Of a stretch of 33,160 nt of DNA, positions 1 through 7,773 are shown piece by piece; within the stretch, counting starts at the first letter, position 1; every line of letters begins with the position of its first letter. Source of the DNA: Candidatus Shapirobacteria bacterium (GTDB lineage Bacteria; Patescibacteriota; Microgenomatia; UBA12405). Both the position numbers and the translations under genes were made by a program. The DNA is taken from NCBI GenBank assembly GCA_028700345.1, contig JAQVSW010000001.1, forward strand, positions 1 to 33,160. The letters are read 5' to 3'. The notes beneath the pieces were generated by a model. It had not been told where the DNA came from. It ran no database searches and was given only the letters and a program-made list of their open reading frames with translations.

Positions 1-1202
1 ATATATTTCTCAAAAATTAAATTTATTGCCTCATTAAATCTCAATTCATCAACAAGTTTTACGAAGTCTCCCTTGTCAAAGGGAGATTTAGAGGGATTGA
101 GGTTACTGATTTTTAAGCCTTCTCCTAGTTTACAAATTCTAGAAACCAAATTTCCTAAATTATTAGCTAAATCTGCATTATATTTTTCTTTAAATCTTTC
201 AATTCCCACATCAGAATCATTATCACTCGGAAAAGATCTGGCAATTAAATATCTAGTTCCGTCTACTCCAAATAAATCAACTAGCTGCCCAGGTGAAATG
301 ACATTACCAAGTGATTTTGACATTTTTTGACCATCAATCATATAAAAACTATGAGTATAAGTTTTTTTGGGTATTTCGATCTCGGCCGATAAAAGCATCG
401 CTTGCCAAATTACATTGTGAAACCACATTATCTCTTTCCCCAAAATATGCAAATTTGCTGGCCAGAAATCTTTTTTGTTTTCCAAAAACTGAGTAGCGCT
501 GTAGTAATTTATCAGAGCGTCAAACCACACATAAATAGTTTGAGTTTTATCCCAAGGCAAGGGGATTCCCCAGCTCACACTTTCTCTAGATAGCGAAATA
601 TCATTAACTCCTGCTTTTAGTTTAGCCAATACTTCCGTCTTTTTACTTCCAGGAAACACATAATTACATTTATCATCTTCAATCAAATTGATTATTTGGG
701 GAATATATTTTGACAATTTAAAAAACCAATTTTCTTCAGATTTTTTTACTGTTTTTTCCGTAGGATGCAGTGGACAATGTCCATCAACCAAATCTGTCTC
801 GGTTAAAAACTTTTCACAGCCTATGCAGTACCAGCCTTCATATTTGGCCTTATAAACATCTCCTCTATCATAAATTTTTTGCATTAACTTTTTAACTATT
901 TTTTCGTGTCTTGGATCTGTGGTTCTAATAAAAAAATCATGACTGATATTTAAAGATTTCCAAGCTTCAGAAAATCGAGGCGCGATTTTATCGCAGTATT
1001 CTTTTGGACTTATACCTTCTTCCTGTGCGCACTCGGCAACTTTTTGTCCATGTTCATCGGTTCCTGTCAAGAAAAAAACCTCTTCTCCATTTTGTCGATG
1101 AAGTCTAGCGATAATATCTGCTGCGATTGTAGTACAGGTATGACCGATATGAGGAATATCATTTATATAGTAAATGGGAGTAGTAACATAAAACTTCTTC
1201 AT
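1..1202 (-). CDS. metG: methionyl-tRNA synthetase, N-terminal ~400 aa (3' end runs off the window)
   Basis: Absent from the ORF track because it has no in-window stop. My translation of the minus strand from ATG at 1202..1200 reads MKKFYVTTPIYYINDIPHIGHTCTT..GTDEHGQK..CIGCEKF..HCPLH..WFDALINY..YMIDGQKMSKSLGN. This shows the class I HIGH and KMSKS motifs and a MetRS-type knuckle. Confidence 0.9.
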   Translation of the reverse strand, partial: MKKFYVTTPIYYINDIPHIGHTCTTIAADIIARLHRQNGEEVFFLTGTDEHGQKVAECAQEEGISPKEYCDKIAPRFSEAWKSLNISHDFFIRTTDPRHEKIVKKLMQKIYDRGDVYKAKYEGWYCIGCEKFLTETDLVDGHCPLHPTEKTVKKSEENWFFKLSKYIPQIINLIEDDKCNYVFPGSKKTEVLAKLKAGVNDISLSRESVSWGIPLPWDKTQTIYVWFDALINYYSATQFLENKKDFWPANLHILGKEIMWFHNVIWQAMLLSAEIEIPKKTYTHSFYMIDGQKMSKSLGNVISPGQLVDLFGVDGTRYLIARSFPSDNDSDVGIERFKEKYNADLANNLGNLVSRICKLGEGLKISNLNPSKSPFDKGDFVKLVDELRFNEAINLIFEKY

Positions 1203-1216
1203 TACCCTATTCTACC

Positions 1217-1537
1217 TTATTTCTTGACAATTTTTGTACCTTTAGCTGGTTTTTTGACGATTTTCTTTTTAACTTTCTTTTTAATTATCTTTTTTTCGGC
1301 CTCTTTGCCTACTTTTTTAGAATATCTCATTTTCAATCTCGCTACTTTATTTTTTGAAAATAAATGTTTTTTTTCAGCCTTATCGAGAATTGATTGCACC
1401 TCTGAAAAATTTTTCTTTTCTGGCTTCGCCAAAAAAACTTTAACAATTTCTTTTAACTTTTTTTTGAAAGCCGAGTTAATTTTTTTATTTTTAATCGATT
1501 TTCTAAGTGATTTTTTTGCTGATCTTCCAATTGGCAT
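1217..1537 (-). CDS. rpsT: 30S ribosomal protein S20 with a Lys-rich C-terminal extension
   Basis: 106 aa. The N-terminus MPIGRSAKKSLRKSIKNKKINSAFKKKLK and the LFSKNKVARLK segment are typical of S20. The basic tail KKIIKKKVKKKIVKKPAKGTKIVKK is extra. The gene lies 14 nt upstream of metG on the same strand. Confidence 0.85.
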   Translation of the reverse strand: MPIGRSAKKSLRKSIKNKKINSAFKKKLKEIVKVFLAKPEKKNFSEVQSILDKAEKKHLFSKNKVARLKMRYSKKVGKEAEKKIIKKKVKKKIVKKPAKGTKIVKK

Positions 1538-1544
1538 AAGTCGT

Positions 1545-1573
1545 ATTTTATCCTATCGCCAATCTATTTACAA
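1545..1573 (-). promoter_or_regulatory. sigma70-like promoter of rpsT (TTGTAA-N17-TAAAAT), -10 ends 7 nt before the ATG
   Basis: On the minus strand, TTGTAA is at c(1568..1573), followed by a 17-nt spacer and TAAAAT at c(1545..1550). Seven nt then precede the ATG at 1537. It interdigitates with the murJ -10-like boxes on the other strand. Confidence 0.5.
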
Positions 1574-1578
1574 TAATT

Positions 1579-1584
1579 TACAAT
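1579..1584 (+). promoter_or_regulatory. -10-like TACAAT 6 nt upstream of the murJ ATG (a second copy lies at 1569..1574)
   Basis: The sequence is TACAATAATTTACAATAAGGCTATG. It is ambiguous because the 6-nt gap also holds an SD-like AAGG. Confidence 0.35.
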
Positions 1585-1590
1585 AAGGCT

Positions 1591-3198
1591 ATGTTGCTAA
1601 GTCTTCGATTTCATTCTTTTACTCAAAAGCGCCAAAAAAGTATTTTCTCAGCTACTGTCGTTTTGGCGATTACTTTTGCCCTTTCCGCTATTTTGGGTTT
1701 CCTCAGAACTCGCCTACTTTATTCATTCTTTTTTAAATGTTGCATTCTTGAGCTTGATGCTTACAACGCTGCTTTTCGAATTCCTGATTTAATTTTTAAA
1801 CTTTTGGTAACCGGTGCTCTTTCTGCCTCTTTTATCCCTGTCTTTAGCAGTTATTTACACAAAGATAAAAAAGAAGCCTATAAAATGGCCTCTTCGGTCA
1901 TTAATTTGCTTTTATTATTTTTTATCGGCGTCTCAATTGTTGCGTTTATCTTTGCCCACCCTCTTTCCGAGCTCATTGCCAAAGGTTTTTCTCCTTATCA
2001 AATTGATTTAATGTCTAATTTAAGTCGAATTCTTCTTATTGCTCAAATATTTTTTCTCATTAGTAATTTTTTAACTGCCATTCTTCAGGTTAATCAAACA
2101 TTTATTATTTCTGCCCTGTCTCCCATCGTTTACAATCTCTTCATTATTCTCAGTATTTATACTCTAGCTCCAACATTTGCTATTTATGGAGTTGCTTGGG
2201 GGGTCGTAATTGGCGCCTTTTTCCACATGGCTATTCAAATTCCTTCGATTAGGAGACTTGGCTTTGTTTATTCCAAAATTGCCAGCTTTAAACTTAGTGG
2301 AGTAAAAGAAATTGTTCATTTGATGATTCCCAGGACCTTGTCTTTAGGATTGGCCGAAATAGAAAATACAGTTACCTTATTTTTTGCCTCGAGTTTAAGT
2401 GCTGGTTCAATCTCGCTTTTAAATTTGGCTCTCCAATTAATGTATCTTCCTAGTCGTATTTTTGGAACTACCGTTGGCCAGGCCTCTTTACCTGTACTTT
2501 CAAAAAATATTGCCAAAAATCAACTCAATTTGTTTCGAGAAACCGTTAGAAATACAATTTTACAGAGCCTTTTTATTGCCTTCCCGGTTGGAGTTTTAAT
2601 TTTAATCAATCGCCTGCCTATTGTTCGCTTGGCTTTCGGCAGTCGGCAGTTTCCCTGGTCCGCCACTCTATTAACTGCTCGGACTTTGGCTTTTTTAACT
2701 CCCGCCATTATCTGTCAAGCCGTTATTCAAATTTTAATTCGTTCTTTTTATGCTCTACATGACACCAAAACTCCTTTAAAAATATCTAGTATTTCTCTGT
2801 TTTTTAATGTTATTTCCAGTTATTTTTTTGTTAAATTCACTACTCTAGGTATTGTTGGCTTAGCCATTAGTGCCTCCATCACAAACATTATTCAATGTTT
2901 CGGCCTCTTTGCTTTATTTGTCTGGCGAGTTGATGGTCAAGGCTGGGAAAAAATGTTTTTTTCTTTTAGTCGTATTGTTTTAAGTTCAATTTTTTGTGGC
3001 TTAACCTCCTGGCTAACTCTTCGTTTCTTTGATCTTTTTATCTTAGATACCAGTAAAACTTTAAATGTTATATTAATTTTTGGAATTTCAGTTGTTTCTG
3101 GTCTCTTTTCCTTCTTAATTTCCGCTTGGCTTTTTCATTCTCCTGAGTATCTTCGATTCAAGTCTTATTTCCTTCGATTCTTTCATTTTCTTTCTTAG
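1591..3198 (+). CDS. murJ: lipid II flippase MurJ/MviN
   Basis: 535 aa and polytopic. It carries the MurJ-typical N-terminal region RTRLLYSFF..AYNAAFRIPDLIFKLLVTGALSASFIPVFS. Confidence 0.9.
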   Translation: MLLSLRFHSFTQKRQKSIFSATVVLAITFALSAILGFLRTRLLYSFFFKCCILELDAYNAAFRIPDLIFKLLVTGALSASFIPVFSSYLHKDKKEAYKMASSVINLLLLFFIGVSIVAFIFAHPLSELIAKGFSPYQIDLMSNLSRILLIAQIFFLISNFLTAILQVNQTFIISALSPIVYNLFIILSIYTLAPTFAIYGVAWGVVIGAFFHMAIQIPSIRRLGFVYSKIASFKLSGVKEIVHLMIPRTLSLGLAEIENTVTLFFASSLSAGSISLLNLALQLMYLPSRIFGTTVGQASLPVLSKNIAKNQLNLFRETVRNTILQSLFIAFPVGVLILINRLPIVRLAFGSRQFPWSATLLTARTLAFLTPAIICQAVIQILIRSFYALHDTKTPLKISSISLFFNVISSYFFVKFTTLGIVGLAISASITNIIQCFGLFALFVWRVDGQGWEKMFFSFSRIVLSSIFCGLTSWLTLRFFDLFILDTSKTLNVILIFGISVVSGLFSFLISAWLFHSPEYLRFKSYFLRFFHFLS

Positions 3199-3224
3199 GC
3201 ATTTTTGTTTATACTGTTTATAGT

Positions 3225-3803
3225 ATGCCTGCTAAAAAGGAGATTTCCTTATTACCAAACGAAGAAAACCTAAACACCTTTTCGGCCCGTTTTCTTAGAT
3301 GGGTTACCAGCGTGGGTCGAGTTGTGATTGTTTTTGTTGAGCTGATAGTAATTGGTGCTTTTTTATCTAGATTCTGGTTAGATAGAAAAAATTCAGATTT
3401 ATCCGAAACTCTTCGTCAACAAAAGGCTATTTTAGGCAGTACTCAGGAATTTGAAAAGGATTATCTTTCTCTTCAAGGACGGTTAAAATTTATTAAAAAT
3501 TTTTATAAAACAGAGCCCAAATACGTCCAATCTTTATCCTCTTTAATTCAAAGTATTCCCGAAGGGATTTATTTTCAAAACATTAGTTTTAATAGTAGTG
3601 AAAAAACAAATATTATAACCGGTAGTGTTGAATCATTTTCTTATCAGGAAGACGCCATCATAGACTTTATTGTTAATCTCAAGCTAAATCCCGATATTAG
3701 TTCGGTTAACGTTCAAAAAATTGAGAAAAAAACTAAGGATAGTAAATTTTATTTGAGTCTATCCTTATCTTTTAAAAAAAATGACCTCTCAAGCTCCAAA
3801 TAA
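3225..3803 (+). CDS. PilN-like bitopic membrane protein (fimbrial-assembly-type)
   Basis: 192 aa. The N-terminal KKEISLLPNEEN resembles the PilN INLLP motif. It is followed by one TM segment, a coiled-coil-like stretch and an alpha/beta C-terminal domain. Confidence 0.45.
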   Translation: MPAKKEISLLPNEENLNTFSARFLRWVTSVGRVVIVFVELIVIGAFLSRFWLDRKNSDLSETLRQQKAILGSTQEFEKDYLSLQGRLKFIKNFYKTEPKYVQSLSSLIQSIPEGIYFQNISFNSSEKTNIITGSVESFSYQEDAIIDFIVNLKLNPDISSVNVQKIEKKTKDSKFYLSLSLSFKKNDLSSSK

Positions 3804-4392
3804 TTTAAATATCTATTCCAGAGTTAGCCCTCTTCTCTCGTATTTATCAAAACAAAGTGAGAATAATAAATTTATTAAATCTGTTGAAATTAGCGCTACT
3901 TTTGTATTAATTTCTTTTTTTACTTTTTTTGCGATAAAACCAACCTTTTTAACAATTTCCAAGCTTGTTGGTGATATTAAAGCTAAAGAAATATTAGTCA
4001 AAGAATTAAAGGCAAAAATTAATAATGTGATTGTTTCTCAAGATCTTTTTTCGGAGGTTCAGGAAAAATACGCCTTAATTGAATCAAGCTTGCCTAGTAG
4101 CCCTCGTTTTTATCAAGCCGCCTCTCAAGTTGTTGGCTTGACTGAAAAAAACCAAATATATTTAGATAAGATAAATTACTCAATCACCGATTCCAATTAT
4201 TATTCCACCAGTATTAGCACCTCTTCTTCATTTTTATCTGCAACCTCTCTTTTATCTGAACTTCTTCAAAATCGACGACTTTTCCAAATTGATCAAATTT
4301 CTTTTTCACTTGAAAAAGACACTGGAAGCAAAATGATAAATATAAACTTGCCTTTAAAGATTTATTACTGGCCCAATAATGTCCAAAATTAA
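3781..4392 (+). CDS. PilO-like bitopic membrane protein
   Basis: 203 aa with one TM segment (FVLISFFTFFAI) followed by IKPTFLTISKLVGDIKAKEILVKELKAKINN, which looks like a coiled coil. It overlaps the previous gene by 23 nt. The assignment rests on architecture only. Confidence 0.35.
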   Translation: MTSQAPNNLNIYSRVSPLLSYLSKQSENNKFIKSVEISATFVLISFFTFFAIKPTFLTISKLVGDIKAKEILVKELKAKINNVIVSQDLFSEVQEKYALIESSLPSSPRFYQAASQVVGLTEKNQIYLDKINYSITDSNYYSTSISTSSSFLSATSLLSELLQNRRLFQIDQISFSLEKDTGSKMININLPLKIYYWPNNVQN

Positions 4393-4639
4393 ACTTTCAA
4401 AATATCTGGTTTTGATAAGTATTTTTACTTTTATTGCCATTTTTTTCTCTGTTGTCTCCCAAAGTTACAACAATTTAATTAAATCAACCGAGGAAAATCA
4501 AAACAACCCCCTTATTCGTTCTGTCTCTCCCGATCTTGACATTGATGTTCTTGATGAGATTGAAAAAAGGCAAGAAGTGATATTGTTAGAAACAGAAAAC
4601 TCCATCGAGGCAGAGAGTCAAGTTGAACCAGCCTTATGA
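4379..4639 (+). CDS. small membrane protein with acidic C-terminus, unknown function
   Basis: 86 aa with an N-terminal TM segment (YLVLISIFTFIAIFFSVV). It overlaps the upstream gene by 14 nt and the downstream gene through ATGA. Confidence 0.5.
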   Translation: MSKIKLSKYLVLISIFTFIAIFFSVVSQSYNNLIKSTEENQNNPLIRSVSPDLDIDVLDEIEKRQEVILLETENSIEAESQVEPAL

Positions 4640-5877
4640 AGGATAAAAAATTCCCAACTATTTTTGGAATCATTCTTCTTTTAATTATCTTATTTTTAGG
4701 TGTTTTTCTCTCCACTCAAAAAACAAGTTTAAATTCAAAAGCCAGTGTTTCTTGTGAGCCTATAAATACTCAAATAACCAATCTTACTGATAAATCTTTT
4801 GATTTTTCTTTTACCACTTCTTCTCCCTGTAGTGCTACCCTAACAATCAATAATATTCTTTATCAGGATGTTTCACTTTCTTTAACTACTCATTATTACA
4901 AGATTTTTAATCTTTCTCCCAAAACTGATTATAAATTCAGTCTTATTTCCGGTTCAACCACCTATTCCAGACCTGAATATTCTCTTACCACTGCCACAAA
5001 ACCAAATTCACCACCTCCCTCATCAAATTTAGCTTGGGGAAAAATAATTGATAAAAGCAACAAAGCTGTTTCTGGTGCCATAATTTATCTTACTCTTCCC
5101 GGCAGTCAAGCTCTTTCTGCCTTTTCCAATAAAGATGGTAACTGGAATATTTCTCTCGCTTCTAGTTTTAATGAGCAAAAAACCGATTGGTTTTCTCCCT
5201 CTTCGATTGTTGATGAAGAAATAATTGTCTATTCACCTGATGGTCAGTTAACTCAGGTTACTAATCAATCAGATCGAAACGATCCAGTTCCAGATATTAT
5301 TATCGGTCAAGATTATCTTTCTGTTATTCCCACCCCTCCCTCTTCATTTCAAAGCAGTTTAAATTCCTCTCAAATAGAGACCAGTTTAGCAAAATTAAGT
5401 ATTACCAGTCCTAAAGAAAATGAAACAATTTATACTTTAAAACCTGATATTTTTGGTCAAGGTCCAGCCAGTAATACCTTTCAATTAGATATAGATGGCA
5501 ATAAAGAAAATATCACCGTTTCCCCAAGTAATATTTGGAATTACTCTCCTTCTCAAAACTTATCACCTGGTTCTCATTTGTTAACATTAAATTTTCAAGG
5601 TGAAATTATAAGTCGTAATTTTGTAGTAGCTCAAACTAATGATTATCTTTCTTTTACCGCTACGCCTTCAGCCACTTTAATTCCCACTCAAGTTGTTATT
5701 CCCACGATTTTCGCTTCGCCAACTCCTATTATCCAGCCTACTTTAGTTCCTACTATCAGAACCGCCAAGCCTTCAACTACTTCCACTCTCTATGAAAGTG
5801 GTAATTCCCTGCCAACTTATTTAATATCGATTTTATCTATTTTATTTTTTGGTGTATCATTTTATTACTCTCATTAA
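4636..5877 (+). CDS. multidomain surface protein (Fn3-like, carboxypeptidase-regulatory-like and Ig-like beta domains, PT-rich linker, C-terminal TM tail)
   Basis: 413 aa with an N-terminal signal/anchor. WGKIIDKSNKAVSGAIIYLTLPGS..NKDGNWNISL resembles a CarboxypepD_reg-type domain. The C-terminus is LYESGNSLPTYLISILSILFFGVSFYYSH. Confidence 0.6.
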   Translation: MKDKKFPTIFGIILLLIILFLGVFLSTQKTSLNSKASVSCEPINTQITNLTDKSFDFSFTTSSPCSATLTINNILYQDVSLSLTTHYYKIFNLSPKTDYKFSLISGSTTYSRPEYSLTTATKPNSPPPSSNLAWGKIIDKSNKAVSGAIIYLTLPGSQALSAFSNKDGNWNISLASSFNEQKTDWFSPSSIVDEEIIVYSPDGQLTQVTNQSDRNDPVPDIIIGQDYLSVIPTPPSSFQSSLNSSQIETSLAKLSITSPKENETIYTLKPDIFGQGPASNTFQLDIDGNKENITVSPSNIWNYSPSQNLSPGSHLLTLNFQGEIISRNFVVAQTNDYLSFTATPSATLIPTQVVIPTIFASPTPIIQPTLVPTIRTAKPSTTSTLYESGNSLPTYLISILSILFFGVSFYYSH

Positions 5878-6866
5878 TGAAAAAATACGGTATTTTTAGT
5901 ATTCTATTTTTATTCCTTTCTTTGTTGGGGTCTCTTTATTTAGTCAAGATGAATCAAGATAATCGTAAGTATGCTCTAGATACTTATCGAGTCGACCCCC
6001 CAAACATTACTTTTACCTCCAATAAATCTGTCAAACTTTTTTTTACTACCAAAATTACTAATAATTCCTTTATTATTAAACTTCAGAATATAAATAATTC
6101 CAATGATATTATTACCCTTAGTACTGGCAATTCTCCAATGCCGATCAACACTACCCATATTTTTTCAAACATCTTAACTACCGGCTCTTCCCCAGCTACT
6201 TATCGTTTATCGGTTAAAGCCAGTCGTGATCTGTCTAACGCTTACGGCTGGGTGAATCCTAATTCTGGAGAAACTTGTGGAAAAAATAATAGCACCATAG
6301 TTCCTATTGGAGACGATATTAATCGGGCTCAACAAGAAGCAGATGGTCCTTTTCAAATTCAATGTTGGGCGGATGCCATCATTCCCGATGATACCCAAGA
6401 TTATGATTTTAATGATTGGTTAATGATTTTTGGATATGAAAAACCAATTGAAATTTCTCCAACTCCCACTAACACACCAGTTCCCACCGCCACCGGTACT
6501 CCTAAACCAACCAATACCCCCGTCCCCACTGCAACCAATATTCCTAAGCCCACCGCCACCAATACCCCCGTCCCCACTGCAACCAATACTCCTGCCCCTA
6601 CCGCCACCGGTACTCCTAAACCAACCAATACCCCCGTCCCCACTGCAACCAGTACTCCTAAGCCCACCGCCACTGGCACTCCTCAGCCTACTGCTACCAA
6701 TACGCCAATTCCGCCCACAAATACTCCTCTTCCAACCCAAGTCATTGCCCAGGGTCCTAGTCCAACTCGGATAATTTTACTTGAGTCCGGCATTGAATTT
6801 CCTTCCCAAATCTTAACTATCTTTGGTGGCATCATCACTCTTCTTGGATTTTTGATATTATTGTAG
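5877..6866 (+). CDS. surface protein with DUF4114-like motif, long TPxPTAT repeat linker and C-terminal TM tail
   Basis: 329 aa with an N-terminal signal-like segment. CWADAIIPDDTQDYDFNDWLMIFGY resembles the WED..D.DFND signature of DUF4114. About 95 aa consist of Pro/Thr repeats. The C-terminus is LLESGIEFPSQILTIFGGIITLLGFLILL. Confidence 0.6.
   Translation: MKKYGIFSILFLFLSLLGSLYLVKMNQDNRKYALDTYRVDPPNITFTSNKSVKLFFTTKITNNSFIIKLQNINNSNDIITLSTGNSPMPINTTHIFSNILTTGSSPATYRLSVKASRDLSNAYGWVNPNSGETCGKNNSTIVPIGDDINRAQQEADGPFQIQCWADAIIPDDTQDYDFNDWLMIFGYEKPIEISPTPTNTPVPTATGTPKPTNTPVPTATNIPKPTATNTPVPTATNTPAPTATGTPKPTNTPVPTATSTPKPTATGTPQPTATNTPIPPTNTPLPTQVIAQGPSPTRIILLESGIEFPSQILTIFGGIITLLGFLILL
6456..6740 (+). 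repeat. in-frame imperfect tandem repeat encoding (T/N)TP(V/K/A/Q)PTAT units
   Basis: A 47-nt perfect direct repeat (caccggtactcctaaaccaaccaatacccccgtccccactgcaacca) occurs at 6491..6537 and 6605..6651. A third copy of aatacccccgtccccactgcaaccaata lies at 6561..6588. Confidence 0.9.
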
Positions 6867-6867
6867 T

Positions 6868-7773
6868 GTGTTAGCCATTATTGAAGCTCTTCGTCCAAAT
6901 CAGTGGATAAAAAATCTTAGTCTTTTCGCAGCGGCCATTCTCACTGGTCAACTTTTTAATCACAGAATATTTAATGCCAGCTTACTCGCATTTATTTCTT
7001 TTTGTGTTCTTTCCTCATCCTCTTATTTAGTCAATGATCTTCTTGATATTGATAAAGATCGTCTTCATCCTGTTAAAAAATATCGCCCACTTGCTCGTGG
7101 AGCTATTAGTAAAAATACTTCTCTTTTTGTTGCTCTTTTTTTAACAATTCTGGGTCTTTTTATTGCTTTTTCTATAAATTCAGCTTTTTTTATTATCGCT
7201 CTTGTTTTTATTTTTATGCAGTATTCATATTCTCTTTTTATTAAAAAAAAGGCCCTTATAGACATTGTCAGTATTGCATTTTTCTTTATTCTCAGAACTT
7301 ATGCTGGTGAAATTGCCACTGGCTTCCATTTGCCTATTTGGATTACCCTGACAGTTATTTTTCTAGCTTTATTTATTGCTAGTGGTAAACGACGGAGCGA
7401 ACTCTACCTCAGTGGAAAATCAACTCGCAAAGCTCTTGAGGGATACAGTAAAAGTTTACTAAATTTTTACACTACTATTTTTGCCGTCTGTACCTTAATT
7501 AGCTATGCCATGTTTACTTTTTTAGCCGAAAAAGTTAGTTTTGATGGCATTATTCATGAGTTTTTATTGACAAATTTTCCCGCCGCTCTTGATCGAAAAT
7601 GGTGGATGGTTACTCTTATGCCCGTAATTCTTGGCATTATGCGTTATGGTCAAATTATTTTTGAAATGCAGGAAGGTGAAAGGCCTGAAAGAGTTGTTGC
7701 CACCGATATTCCCTTACTTGGTTCAGTTCTTCTTTGGGGAATGATGATAATTACTATTATCTATGTTCTCTAA
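6868..7773 (+). CDS. UbiA-family prenyltransferase, decaprenyl-phosphate phosphoribosyltransferase (DPPR synthase)-like
   Basis: 301 aa with a GTG start. The N-terminal ALRPNQWIKNL and the NDLLDIDKDRLHPVKKYRPLARGAIS motif (NDxxDxxxD) match what I recall for Rv3806c-type enzymes. The protein is polytopic. Confidence 0.75.
   Translation: MLAIIEALRPNQWIKNLSLFAAAILTGQLFNHRIFNASLLAFISFCVLSSSSYLVNDLLDIDKDRLHPVKKYRPLARGAISKNTSLFVALFLTILGLFIAFSINSAFFIIALVFIFMQYSYSLFIKKKALIDIVSIAFFFILRTYAGEIATGFHLPIWITLTVIFLALFIASGKRRSELYLSGKSTRKALEGYSKSLLNFYTTIFAVCTLISYAMFTFLAEKVSFDGIIHEFLLTNFPAALDRKWWMVTLMPVILGIMRYGQIIFEMQEGERPERVVATDIPLLGSVLLWGMMIITIIYVL

Noticed and set aside
1044-1586. A 180-aa plus-strand ORF spans the metG start and all of rpsT.
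   Set aside because: It is antisense to two confidently recognised genes, and its product is low-complexity and Phe/Leu-rich, as expected from reading Lys-rich rpsT backwards.
3225-4392. Calling the locus a type IV pilus operon.
   Set aside because: Only PilN/PilO-like architectures are present. The window has no PilM, no secretion ATPase, no PilC and no prepilin with a class III signal peptide.
6456-6740. A possible CRISPR-like or non-coding repeat array.
   Set aside because: The repeats are in frame inside a CDS, are contiguous without unique spacers, and have variable unit length. No cas genes are present in the window.
6401-6774. Three long ORFs in the track (6401..6679 minus, 6420..6740 minus, 6430..6774 plus) overlap the surface-protein gene.
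   Set aside because: They are low-complexity read-throughs of the Pro/Thr codon repeat in other frames (poly-GV, poly-GG and poly-PP products). They have no independent start context. The 5877..6866 frame is the only one continuous with real N- and C-terminal domains.
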